The position numbers and the translations under genes are program-made. A stretch of 64,000 bases of DNA, taken from Candidatus Latescibacterota bacterium (GTDB lineage: Bacteria; Latescibacterota; UBA2968). Positions 47,553-56,617 of this stretch are shown one piece after another. The notes under the pieces are model-generated. The model worked only from the letters and a program-made list of their open reading frames with translations, was not told the origin of the DNA and did not search any database. Every line of letters starts with the position of its first letter. The stretch's first letter is position 1. The stretch covers positions 2,112,001 to 2,176,000 of the forward strand of contig OZ244960.1 in NCBI GenBank assembly GCA_965222605.1. The letters run 5' to 3'.

Positions 47553-48767
47553 TTAAACCAAATCAATGCGGTACACGCCCGCGCATTCACCGTGAGCACT
47601 GGCAATATACAGACTGCGGCCATCCGGTGTCCAGGCCGGGTGGAAGTGGGTGCCGCTATCGTTGGAATAGTCGGTATAGTCGGCCACCAGCACATCTTCG
47701 TAAGACTCCTCCTGCAAATCGTAGAGCCGCAAAAACACATGCCCCCGGTCTCGCACCGGGATATCCACCGCCAAATACCGGCCCTCTCCCGGCTGAAAAC
47801 TGGGATGCCCGGCACCTAGCCAATCCAGGCCCAGAGCGCGGGGTGGCGTGCCGTCAAGCGGGTAGAGCATAAAGCGCGTGATCCCCTCGTAATCCGGGAC
47901 AAGCGCAAAATAGTGTTCGCTGTCCGGGTGCCAGCACGGGTGCCCGGCACCGTCTCCCAGGTACTGGATTTCGGTGCCGTCGCGCAGAGCCACGAATTTT
48001 TCGTGACGCCTCGGTTCTTCGGGGTGGTGGCCGGTGTAGAAGGCATTGGAGAAATTGAACGCAATGCGTTGGCCATTCGGGCTGAACAGGGTCTGTTTGA
48101 AACACATGTGCTGATGTTGCGCCCGGCTGGCATCCGGGTGTATGGCCAGTACGTCGGCCACGCTAATGCGGACTTTCTCTTTGCCAGTAGTGTAGTCAAT
48201 GATGGAGGCTGCTACCTCTTCCGGGGCCAGGGCCCGACCTTCTTTCTCCGCCCAGAGGTGGACCTGTTCCGGGGTCTGGATAAACAGATCCCGGCCTTCG
48301 GGCGCAAATTCGCGGGCCTGGCCTTCGCCTTCCCAGCATTCGTCCGTGTCCAGATCGATGACGGTCCACCCCTGGCCGGTGTTCTTCTCACGGCTGCCGT
48401 AGTGAACAAATCCCACCCGGTGCCCGGGACCGACCCATTGTTGCATCACACCCTGAGCGACCGAGGCGTTGTCCAGGTCTGCGATAGGACGCGCGTCTGA
48501 GCCATCGGCACTGGCGACGATAACGCGCCCGGTGAGAGGACGCCCGGAATTGCGATTGGGGTGTGGATCGTCGAACGCGTAGTAAGTGATCAACGCGCCA
48601 TCGGCCGACAGTGGAGACATGGTATAATATCCGTGTACACAGCGCCGGTCCGCCGGTGTCAGACGTACCACAGGACGCGAGGCACGCAACCCCGGCTCAA
48701 TCTCCTGAAAACCGGTTTCATCCACCGTGTGGAATGCCTGTTTGCGATCGGTTGTCCAGGTCTGCAT
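47553..48767 (-). CDS. TolB/oligogalacturonate-lyase-like beta-propeller
   Basis: HGYY..SPLSADG, FSPNGQRI, HPCWHPD, HPSF, HPAWTPDGR. Confidence 0.7.
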   Translation of the reverse strand: MQTWTTDRKQAFHTVDETGFQEIEPGLRASRPVVRLTPADRRCVHGYYTMSPLSADGALITYYAFDDPHPNRNSGRPLTGRVIVASADGSDARPIADLDNASVAQGVMQQWVGPGHRVGFVHYGSREKNTGQGWTVIDLDTDECWEGEGQAREFAPEGRDLFIQTPEQVHLWAEKEGRALAPEEVAASIIDYTTGKEKVRISVADVLAIHPDASRAQHQHMCFKQTLFSPNGQRIAFNFSNAFYTGHHPEEPRRHEKFVALRDGTEIQYLGDGAGHPCWHPDSEHYFALVPDYEGITRFMLYPLDGTPPRALGLDWLGAGHPSFQPGEGRYLAVDIPVRDRGHVFLRLYDLQEESYEDVLVADYTDYSNDSGTHFHPAWTPDGRSLYIASAHGECAGVYRIDLV

Positions 48768-48832
48768 TGCAATCCTCCCTTCCGCTATTCAATCGGAGCA
48801 ACACGCTCCAGCCACTCTCAAATTCGGCCTCA

Positions 48833-49861
48833 TCAAACCGTGAAGAGGTACAGATCGTCGGTCGCTTGAGCACCGGCGAAAAAGACGGGCAGACCGTCAC
48901 AGATCAAATCGGTCTTGCACACGTCGTGGATCGTCGGGGTCTTGGGATATCCGTCGCCGAAATCTCCGTAGGGAAACGCAAGCCTGTCGGTTTCGTGCAG
49001 AAGGTCGCCATCGATATCAAAGCGACGCACAATATTCCCGGATCCGACGATCAAGCACTCGCGGTCCCGGTCGAGATAAAGCCCCGTGCAGGTCGTGGAA
49101 CCGGTACAGGGGTAATTGCCCAGGAACTCCGGGGCATTCGGATGCTCCACATTGAGAACTGTGACCGATGGATCCAACAACCATTCCCTCTTGGGATCCT
49201 GGATCCTTGAAATACCAGTTGCCACATAGGCGCGCTTCCGGTACAGGATGATGCGGTTCGAAATGTTCATATACCACCTCGAAGGCTCACCTCCGTTGGC
49301 AAGCGTCCAGCCGCCTGGATCGGTAAATCGTCCATCGTCATCCACAGCGTCTGGAAAAAGGCCGAGAGGGGTCTCTACCTTGCCATCTCCTCTGAATCCC
49401 GTCACGCCAATTAGGGATCCTTCATGGCTTGCCCCATGGCAGCGGGCGAGCACGTCTTCGCGCACTCCGATTTCAGTCAGCCGGCCATCGTCCTCGACGC
49501 GTACAACTTTGATGACATTTCGCTTGCTGATGGCGAGCACCGTGTCGGCAGCCACTTCGAAATCGTTGACTTCCGGGGCAAACGCGCTACAATCGACGGG
49601 GACGAGATCCGCCTTCGAGAAGCGCATGCTTTCGATCCCGCGATCACTTCCCACCATCAGATATCCGTTGCAGAAGGCGACTGACTGGCAATCGGGGCGG
49701 TCGGGCAAATCCGCAACCAGTTCAGGGCGTTCGATGTCACTCACATTCCAGAACGTAATGCGATTACCGTATTTTGACGGTGCGGCCACCAAACCGTCTC
49801 CGAGATACGCCGCCGCGTGCGGCCCACACCCTGGGTACCGCCAGTAGTTTTGTATGCGCAT
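48833..49861 (-). CDS. LVIVD-like beta-propeller hypothetical protein
   Basis: WNVSDIERPELV, AYVA...VLNVEHPNAPEFLG repeats. Start MRIQNY after GGAGG. Confidence 0.6.
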   Translation of the reverse strand: MRIQNYWRYPGCGPHAAAYLGDGLVAAPSKYGNRITFWNVSDIERPELVADLPDRPDCQSVAFCNGYLMVGSDRGIESMRFSKADLVPVDCSAFAPEVNDFEVAADTVLAISKRNVIKVVRVEDDGRLTEIGVREDVLARCHGASHEGSLIGVTGFRGDGKVETPLGLFPDAVDDDGRFTDPGGWTLANGGEPSRWYMNISNRIILYRKRAYVATGISRIQDPKREWLLDPSVTVLNVEHPNAPEFLGNYPCTGSTTCTGLYLDRDRECLIVGSGNIVRRFDIDGDLLHETDRLAFPYGDFGDGYPKTPTIHDVCKTDLICDGLPVFFAGAQATDDLYLFTV

Positions 49862-49969
49862 ATAAAACCTCCAGTAAAGTGCGATCGTCTCAGCCAGACC
49901 TGCCACAGAAAATTCGAATTCACTTCCCGATACGCGAAAAGACCGCGCAAAAAGCCCAGAGCCACCGGA

Positions 49970-52138
49970 TCACGCGATCCCGGCAAGCCATTTCACAATA
50001 GAAGCGATCTCGTCCGCTTCGGTCTCCTGTGTTTCGATCAAAAAACTCTTCTCCGCTTTCAGATTGGCATAGGTCTCAGAGGCCAGTGCGTAGTCGGCCT
50101 CAATTTTTGCTTTTTCGCAAACGTCAAGCCGTTCATCTACCGCATTGACAAGAGCCACGGGATGTGGTGCCAGAGCAGCGGCCAGATGGGGCAAATCGTA
50201 AGCCGTCGTCACATTCGGGACCATATCGTAGAACCGAACGTGATAAACAGGACCACGAACCACATCCATATAAGAGGAAAGCGTACGCCAGGCGCAGACG
50301 GCTGTAACAGCGTCGCTCAAAACGGATGCGTGCAATGCCTGAATGCCACAGCCCCCCCGGCCGATGAGGACAACTTCCCGGCCGAGTCCAAGATCGGGCA
50401 GGGCGCGAATAGTCTGTAGCAAATCGAAAATGCGCATCCCAATAAGAGTATGCCCCGTATGTCTGGCTCCGTACCCATAGCCCATGCTCTCCACGCCCAG
50501 AAGCTGCGCGACAAAACCGCCCTGTCGGTCCCGGTTGCTCCAATTCGTCGTCTGCGTCTCGCCATAACCCCGCAGATCTACCGCAACAGTCGGATGGCCC
50601 GCCTCGACCAGCAAGCGAAACAGTTCGTTGCAATTTGCAACCTTACCCCGGTCGTCGGTCAGGATCACCGGCAACCTTTCCGGCGCTGAGGCTGGACCCT
50701 GTCCAATGAGCATCGGCAGAAAGATCTCGGGTTCACTTTCGAGAATGGCCTGGCGGATCTGCATATTGCCGTACATCTCAGATGCGACAACCTCGATAGA
50801 AATCTCCTCCTGGGGTCGTTTTATTCCCGTGCGATTCAGGACACACTCGGCAAGCTTATCGCGAAGCGCGCTCGCCTCGGCTACACTTTGCACCGCCCGT
50901 CGCTTTGGCAGGGTCTCCTCTGTGCGACGAACACAGAGGTCAGTGACCCGATCCGAGTGATAACTGGTGAGGACCTGGCCAGTGGGCGACACCTGGAGGT
51001 CTGCATCGGAGAAAATTTCCAATTCGAGTTCACGCCAGTCCGCTTGAGGATCTCCCAGCCAGCGATTCATCCATTCCATCATCGGTTCCCGCATCTCCCG
51101 GAAATAGCCATGTTCCCGGATCGTTTCCACAAAATCCATCTTCTCGCCCTGGCCGAGGGTCTCGTAGAGCCACCTAACTTTGTGAAAAGACATGCGCGTA
51201 TTCACAAAGACGCCATCGCGCGTCTCTTTGATCAACCGGTACGGCCGGGGATACGCCAAACACATCATCGCCGCATGAGACAGGCCGGTGAGCATATCAT
51301 CCGGCATGTTCTGCTCGGAATCGCCCCCGCCCCAGGTGCCCACAGTCCCGACCGGAACCGCGACCTTGATGCGGGGTTCCAAAGGCGTGTACCACAGCGT
51401 CACCGTGCCACCCCCCGAATTTCCGGTGATCCCGAGCCGTTCTGCATCGACTTCGGTACGGCTTTCCAGATAATCAAGCATCCGGATCGCATCCCAGATA
51501 CGGATAGCCATCAAATGGAGTCCGGTCAGAAGACAGATATTGCCGCATTTCATATGTTCGGATGTGGGAGCCAAAGAAAGGGATTCCCCGGTTTTGGGAT
51601 CTTCGAGATATTGAAGACGCTCGCCTTGCCCGACCGGGTCAAAACACAGAGCCACATAGCCCCTCAGTGCCAGAAACTGCGCGGCACTCTGGTAAGTCTC
51701 CACAGCCTTGCCATTGGCCGTATGGCCGCAGGGAATCAGCACGCCGGGCATTGGCGTCGGGCGATTCTTGGGTACAAACAGATTCGCAGTCACATAAAAA
51801 TTGGGACGGCTCTGACAGACGATTTTCTCAATCCTGAACTTCTCGCGTTCGATTGTGCCGGTAATCTCCGGATTCAGTGGCGTTTTCTCTTCGGGCATAG
51901 GCCCCAGCGTCTCGCGATAAGCTTTGAGCAGACGAGCGCGGAAAACTTCAAAATCTTCCACAGTCTTGATCCCGGCCAGATCTACATCGTGCTGCCAACC
52001 GTATTTGCTCTGAATGCGATCCAGATACTTATCGATCATAATGCCGGCATCGCGGTATTCCGACATGCCGCACAGGACACTGGCGGCGAGATGGTCCAGC
52101 GTCGGTTTCTCTGAAGCAGAATAGTCTTTTGAGGCCAT
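49970..52138 (-). CDS. Acetylxylan-esterase-like tandem alpha/beta hydrolase
   Basis: IEKIV..SRP..YVTANL, PCGH, DPVGQGER, nucleophile GNSGGG; second domain DLRGYGE. Confidence 0.82.
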   Translation of the reverse strand: MASKDYSASEKPTLDHLAASVLCGMSEYRDAGIMIDKYLDRIQSKYGWQHDVDLAGIKTVEDFEVFRARLLKAYRETLGPMPEEKTPLNPEITGTIEREKFRIEKIVCQSRPNFYVTANLFVPKNRPTPMPGVLIPCGHTANGKAVETYQSAAQFLALRGYVALCFDPVGQGERLQYLEDPKTGESLSLAPTSEHMKCGNICLLTGLHLMAIRIWDAIRMLDYLESRTEVDAERLGITGNSGGGTVTLWYTPLEPRIKVAVPVGTVGTWGGGDSEQNMPDDMLTGLSHAAMMCLAYPRPYRLIKETRDGVFVNTRMSFHKVRWLYETLGQGEKMDFVETIREHGYFREMREPMMEWMNRWLGDPQADWRELELEIFSDADLQVSPTGQVLTSYHSDRVTDLCVRRTEETLPKRRAVQSVAEASALRDKLAECVLNRTGIKRPQEEISIEVVASEMYGNMQIRQAILESEPEIFLPMLIGQGPASAPERLPVILTDDRGKVANCNELFRLLVEAGHPTVAVDLRGYGETQTTNWSNRDRQGGFVAQLLGVESMGYGYGARHTGHTLIGMRIFDLLQTIRALPDLGLGREVVLIGRGGCGIQALHASVLSDAVTAVCAWRTLSSYMDVVRGPVYHVRFYDMVPNVTTAYDLPHLAAALAPHPVALVNAVDERLDVCEKAKIEADYALASETYANLKAEKSFLIETQETEADEIASIVKWLAGIA

Positions 52139-52182
52139 TTCCATTCTCCGATTATTGATCCGAATGCCAAACCGCACAAATT

Positions 52183-53619
52183 CTATTTAAGAGGATGAAC
52201 GATCTCCAGCGGGTCATTGGTCTCCTCCTGCCATGCCCGCAGCTTGTCGTAAAGGTCGTCGATGATGGGTCGATATCCGGAGTCCCGAAGCACGCTTCGG
52301 CGTTCGAGAGGATCGGCGACCAGATCATACAGTTCCGCCGTATCTCCGGGACTCAGCACCAGCTTCCAATTCTCAGTGATGATACATCGAATATGCTGAT
52401 GCAGAACATCCTCGAATATCGGGTTTCGCGCATGCATGGCTTGCAGAAAGCCATTCCATTCAGAAATAGTGAAGTCGCGAATACCGCTCTTCCCGCCATC
52501 CAGGACCGGAACCCTGCTGCAACCCTGAAGGTGTTGTGGTATCGGTAGGCCCGCCATATCCAGAAAGGTTGGAAGAATATCTACGAGATTGACAACTTCT
52601 GACTGCCGGCTTTCTGCCCTTCTTTGGGGATCTCGAAGAATGAACGGGACCTTCACGGATTCCTCGAACATCATCCCCTTATCCACGATCTGGTGCGAGC
52701 CAAACATGTCCCCGTGGTCGCTGGTGAATACCACGACCGTGTTCTCCGCGAATCCGTATGCTTCCAGCAAATCGAGGATCTTGCCCACGCAGGTATCCAC
52801 CTGGGTGATTAATCCATAGTACCGGCACAAATTGGTGCGCACATCCTCCGGATCGCTCGTGATAATATTGTGACCGCAGTCGTAATAAAAACTGCGAAAC
52901 CGTTCGGTTCTACGGGACCATCCCGCCATTTCTTCCTCGGATACATCGTAATTGTCCGGCAATTTGACCTGATCGAGATCGTACATGTCATCGTTCGGTC
53001 CGAAGTAGGGCGGATGAGGCTCCACAATGCTCACGGTCAAAAAAAATGGTTTATCCGAATTTTGCGAACGAAAGAACTCATCGGCTTGCGCCACGAGGAA
53101 AGCGGGCTTCGAGAGTTCCTCCGGCAGGTCGCACGTCTCCCGGGGGTTAAATGTCGGACCGCCGCTCTCGGACTTCACGCCGCGGTCTCTCAGAAACCGG
53201 TCGTAGGTGCTGCACATGCCCATCTCCCTCATTGACCGACTCACATACTTTCCCTCCATCGACCGGAAAAAGCCTTCGAAACCTCTTTGCGGCACATTCT
53301 CGTTTCCACAGTGCCACTTGCCCACATACCCGCAGCGATAGCCGTGTGGTCCAAAAATTTCACCGTAAGTGGGGATATCAGGCGTCAGGACCTGATTGTT
53401 CCGAACACATCCGTGGGTGTGTCCAAAGGTCCCGGTGAGTAGGGAAGCCCTCGAAGCAGTGCATACGGGTTGGGCACACACCGCATTCTCAAAAACGACC
53501 CCCTCCTGAGCAAACGCGTCGATCCGAGATGTTCTCACGACCGGATGCCCGTAGCACCCCATCAATTTTTGCTGTTGCTGATCGGTGAAGATCAACAGAA
53601 AGTTCAGTGGTGAAGCCAT
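52183..53619 (-). CDS. Sulfatase (Cys-type)
   Basis: IFTDQQ, CTASRASLLTG, GKWH, PHPPY, FTSDHGD, ELYDLVADPLE. Confidence 0.93.
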   Translation of the reverse strand: MASPLNFLLIFTDQQQQKLMGCYGHPVVRTSRIDAFAQEGVVFENAVCAQPVCTASRASLLTGTFGHTHGCVRNNQVLTPDIPTYGEIFGPHGYRCGYVGKWHCGNENVPQRGFEGFFRSMEGKYVSRSMREMGMCSTYDRFLRDRGVKSESGGPTFNPRETCDLPEELSKPAFLVAQADEFFRSQNSDKPFFLTVSIVEPHPPYFGPNDDMYDLDQVKLPDNYDVSEEEMAGWSRRTERFRSFYYDCGHNIITSDPEDVRTNLCRYYGLITQVDTCVGKILDLLEAYGFAENTVVVFTSDHGDMFGSHQIVDKGMMFEESVKVPFILRDPQRRAESRQSEVVNLVDILPTFLDMAGLPIPQHLQGCSRVPVLDGGKSGIRDFTISEWNGFLQAMHARNPIFEDVLHQHIRCIITENWKLVLSPGDTAELYDLVADPLERRSVLRDSGYRPIIDDLYDKLRAWQEETNDPLEIVHPLK

Positions 53620-53652
53620 TTTTCCTCCTGAGCAAATCGAATCCACCCTTCC

Positions 53653-55146
53653 CTACTTGAAACGCAAAGAGAACAGATCTGCATCGGTCAGACGGAAGCG
53701 CAGTCGCACGGGCGATCCTGCCAACTGCCCGAGATCGGCACCATCTCTCCAGCGTACGGAACGTTCCAGATCGTCTCCAAGCACCTCGACGCAATCGGCC
53801 AGGGCAAATCCGGGGATGGCCACACCCTGCATATCCTGCAATTCCACACAAATGCTACCTGCGGCGGAAGCCGAGAAATTGAGCACGAGCTCCGATCCGC
53901 TGAAGATCAATGGATGGGTGAAAACTTCACCGCCATGACGGGAGGCACGCACAGAAGCAAACCCATCCACTCGAAGAGTATATCGCCGGTACACCTTGCT
54001 GTAATGATCTCTCCTGCTTCCTTCCGACAGGTAGAAGGTGAGTTCCTCTGGAGCACCCTCAATGTGAGAAGCCGTTGTAACCATTCCCCAGTTCGCGTAG
54101 TTATCGCCGTAGATCCAGTTGTCTCGCGGGCGCAAGCCCGGTGGAATAAACGCTTCATCCCAGAGGTTGAATCGGACGCCATCCCGGCTGGACATGAAAA
54201 CGGTATCGGTCAGTGCCGAACCAAAGCGCTCATGCCCGGTGCGTTCAACGATCAAGCGGCGGCGGTCTGGCTCTGGCAGGTCCTCGACGGCTTCAGACCA
54301 TGCGCGGGCAACATATCGCGAAGGCAAGCCCACGAGTATATGAGGGGCGCGGTAGTAGGGAATGACCTGGTTGGTATAGAGTTCCTCGGTTTCAGCCCCC
54401 GGATAGTACAGCCATTGGGGATTGCTCCAGTTCAAAAGGTCGCCGGAACCTGCGGTTTTGATCCCCCTGAACCGCCTCCCTCCCGGACCATCGAAAAAGT
54501 CGCGCCAGTAGGCGCGATATTCACCCCGTGCAGCGTCCCAGAATCCGAGGTTCTGAGTGTCGAAGGCTCCGTCGGTAATCACCGGATTCGGAGTGAACAC
54601 AGACCAGTGAATGCCATCGGATGAGCTGAGGACCGAAAGCCCTTTCTCGCCTTTTCCCATGAAGCGGACGACAGCTTTGTAACGATGCTCCAGATCGCAG
54701 TCGGGATTCTCATCTTTGAATGGAGAAAAACTCACAGCGGCTTGACGGCCGGTGTCATCCTTCCACCAGACAATATTATTGTCCCGCGATCCTTCGAACT
54801 CGAAGAGCCCCAGGTTCGGGGTCTCCCATTCGATTCCGTCCCTGCTCTCGGCATAATAGAAGACCCTGGTGTGCCTGTCCTTCTCGAAGAAGAATCTCGA
54901 GACTCCGTAGTACATCCGGTAAACACCTTCGTCATGGAATACAGTCATATATGCGTGGCCAGCCCGCAAGCCGTTGCCATCTTCTTGAACGACCGGATCG
55001 GACTCGTTCGGGAAAACGATCTCGCGAGCAACTGGCCGGTGCAGATGCAGCGCCGCGCTGCCCGAGAATCGCTCAATCAGGTGATCGTCCACCATCAACT
55101 CCAGCCGTGAGTCTATATCGATCGGTCCAGGAGTGCCTGCTGCCAT
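53653..55146 (-). CDS. Putative glycoside-hydrolase-like beta-propeller protein
   Basis: YRMYY, YAESRDGIEW..P.LG, SSDGIHW, FDTQN, SRDG, LRVDGFAS, LRF...DLFSLRF. Paralog of 24850-26349. Confidence 0.72.
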   Translation of the reverse strand: MAAGTPGPIDIDSRLELMVDDHLIERFSGSAALHLHRPVAREIVFPNESDPVVQEDGNGLRAGHAYMTVFHDEGVYRMYYGVSRFFFEKDRHTRVFYYAESRDGIEWETPNLGLFEFEGSRDNNIVWWKDDTGRQAAVSFSPFKDENPDCDLEHRYKAVVRFMGKGEKGLSVLSSSDGIHWSVFTPNPVITDGAFDTQNLGFWDAARGEYRAYWRDFFDGPGGRRFRGIKTAGSGDLLNWSNPQWLYYPGAETEELYTNQVIPYYRAPHILVGLPSRYVARAWSEAVEDLPEPDRRRLIVERTGHERFGSALTDTVFMSSRDGVRFNLWDEAFIPPGLRPRDNWIYGDNYANWGMVTTASHIEGAPEELTFYLSEGSRRDHYSKVYRRYTLRVDGFASVRASRHGGEVFTHPLIFSGSELVLNFSASAAGSICVELQDMQGVAIPGFALADCVEVLGDDLERSVRWRDGADLGQLAGSPVRLRFRLTDADLFSLRFK

Positions 55147-55220
55147 TGTGATTGTCCTTTCAGCAATTGAATAGGGGTGTTGCATTCGATATAACATAAG
55201 GCCTTTTCCGCCGAGTAGCA

Positions 55221-56594
55221 CTAACCGGCACGCCAGCCGAGCCTGACCTCTGTGATGACCTGGGTTGCGAGCGATTCGAGACGGGGCAGGATGGTCCTGA
55301 TCCGGGCGACGCTGGGCTTGAACTCATTATGAATCCGAAGGGCTGCATCCAGCAGATCGTCCGCCTCCGCTTCATCGATGTCGATCAGCCAGTCGCCGAG
55401 ACCAATGTCATCAATCATCCACGCCTTGCGACCCGCCTCTGCAAACTGGATGTGCAGCACCGGCGTTTCCACGCTCAGGGCCAGGATCATCGTGTGCATA
55501 TGTCCGACCACCAGTCTTGCCCGCCGGTAGAGGGAACAGGCCTGTTCCGGCGTCCAGAAAGCATCCCTGCACACGCACTTCTCCCGTGCGGACATAGAAA
55601 GCGATTCGTAGAAGGCCCGGTCTTCAGCAATCTCCGGTCTGCTTTCGGGACAGATCACCACTGGAAGTCCCGTCTCTTCGATCCATCCCTCCACAAACGC
55701 TTTCCACCTTGCTGCGTGGACGGCTTCTCGGGCTGATTCGTCCGATCTGCCCGGGATTTTCGCCCGGTTCACCATCACCAGGAACCCGCGATCTTCGAGA
55801 CCGTGTTCAGCCATAAAGGCCTCACCCCACGATTCATCGAATTCTCGAAAGAAGAAGGTGCTATCGGGCCGAAATCCCGAGCGGGCATTCAGCAGCCCTT
55901 TCTGTTTCAGATAGGCCAGCGAGTCGGTATCCCGACAATAGACAAAGCAGGCGTCGTCGAAGAGCTTCCGGAAGATGAGCTCGACGGGCCAGTCAATAGC
56001 CTCAAAGGAATGGTTGTTGATCCCATATGGAATGCCCAGAGCTTTCGCCATCACCAGCGGCATGGCAAACGGCAACGTCCCATCCCAGAAGTTCCGCGCA
56101 CCGCCTCGACCAAAATTCAGCACCGTACCGGAATTGTAGATCACAAATCCCGCATTTGAGAACGCATGTGCGGTTGTGGGCATCTCGCGCTCAATTTGAG
56201 CGAACAAATCAAGGGCAAAACGGCCCAGCAAATCATCGGTGATTTCCGCTGCGGTCCGTGCCGATACCGAACCCGTTTCGAATGCGCGGAGACGATGTTG
56301 GCCCCAGCGTTCGTGAAAGGCGTACCAGGCCGTATCCGGCGTTCCCGGTTCACCCGGCCTTCCCAAACGGGCCTTAAACGGATTGACCGTTGCGTCACAC
56401 CCGGCGAGAAAACAGGGGAAATAGTTTCTCAGCCACTCAAACCGTTGCCCTTCATCGAAAGGCAACGTCAGAACCGTAACCCTCATTCCGGGATCGACAT
56501 CTCGGATCAGTTTCAGCAGTCCAGGAGCGATGGCGATCCCCCCCAGATCTGCCGTACCCCAGCTATAAGCAACCAGCAAATGACGTGTGTCCAA
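55221..56594 (-). CDS. Polysaccharide pyruvyl-transferase-family protein
   Basis: DLGGIAI.PG, FVYCRDTDS, FRPDSTF, HMHTMILAL, K..M..DIGL. TTG start. Confidence 0.75.
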   Translation of the reverse strand: MDTRHLLVAYSWGTADLGGIAIAPGLLKLIRDVDPGMRVTVLTLPFDEGQRFEWLRNYFPCFLAGCDATVNPFKARLGRPGEPGTPDTAWYAFHERWGQHRLRAFETGSVSARTAAEITDDLLGRFALDLFAQIEREMPTTAHAFSNAGFVIYNSGTVLNFGRGGARNFWDGTLPFAMPLVMAKALGIPYGINNHSFEAIDWPVELIFRKLFDDACFVYCRDTDSLAYLKQKGLLNARSGFRPDSTFFFREFDESWGEAFMAEHGLEDRGFLVMVNRAKIPGRSDESAREAVHAARWKAFVEGWIEETGLPVVICPESRPEIAEDRAFYESLSMSAREKCVCRDAFWTPEQACSLYRRARLVVGHMHTMILALSVETPVLHIQFAEAGRKAWMIDDIGLGDWLIDIDEAEADDLLDAALRIHNEFKPSVARIRTILPRLESLATQVITEVRLGWRAG

Positions 56595-56617
56595 ATCGTC
56601 CTCTCCAAAGTTAGTGT

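Noticed and set aside
50888-52114. 408-aa plus-strand ORF (likewise 16329-17336, 59878-60831, 63201-63884 and others)
   Set aside because: Antisense shadows of GC3-biased real genes.
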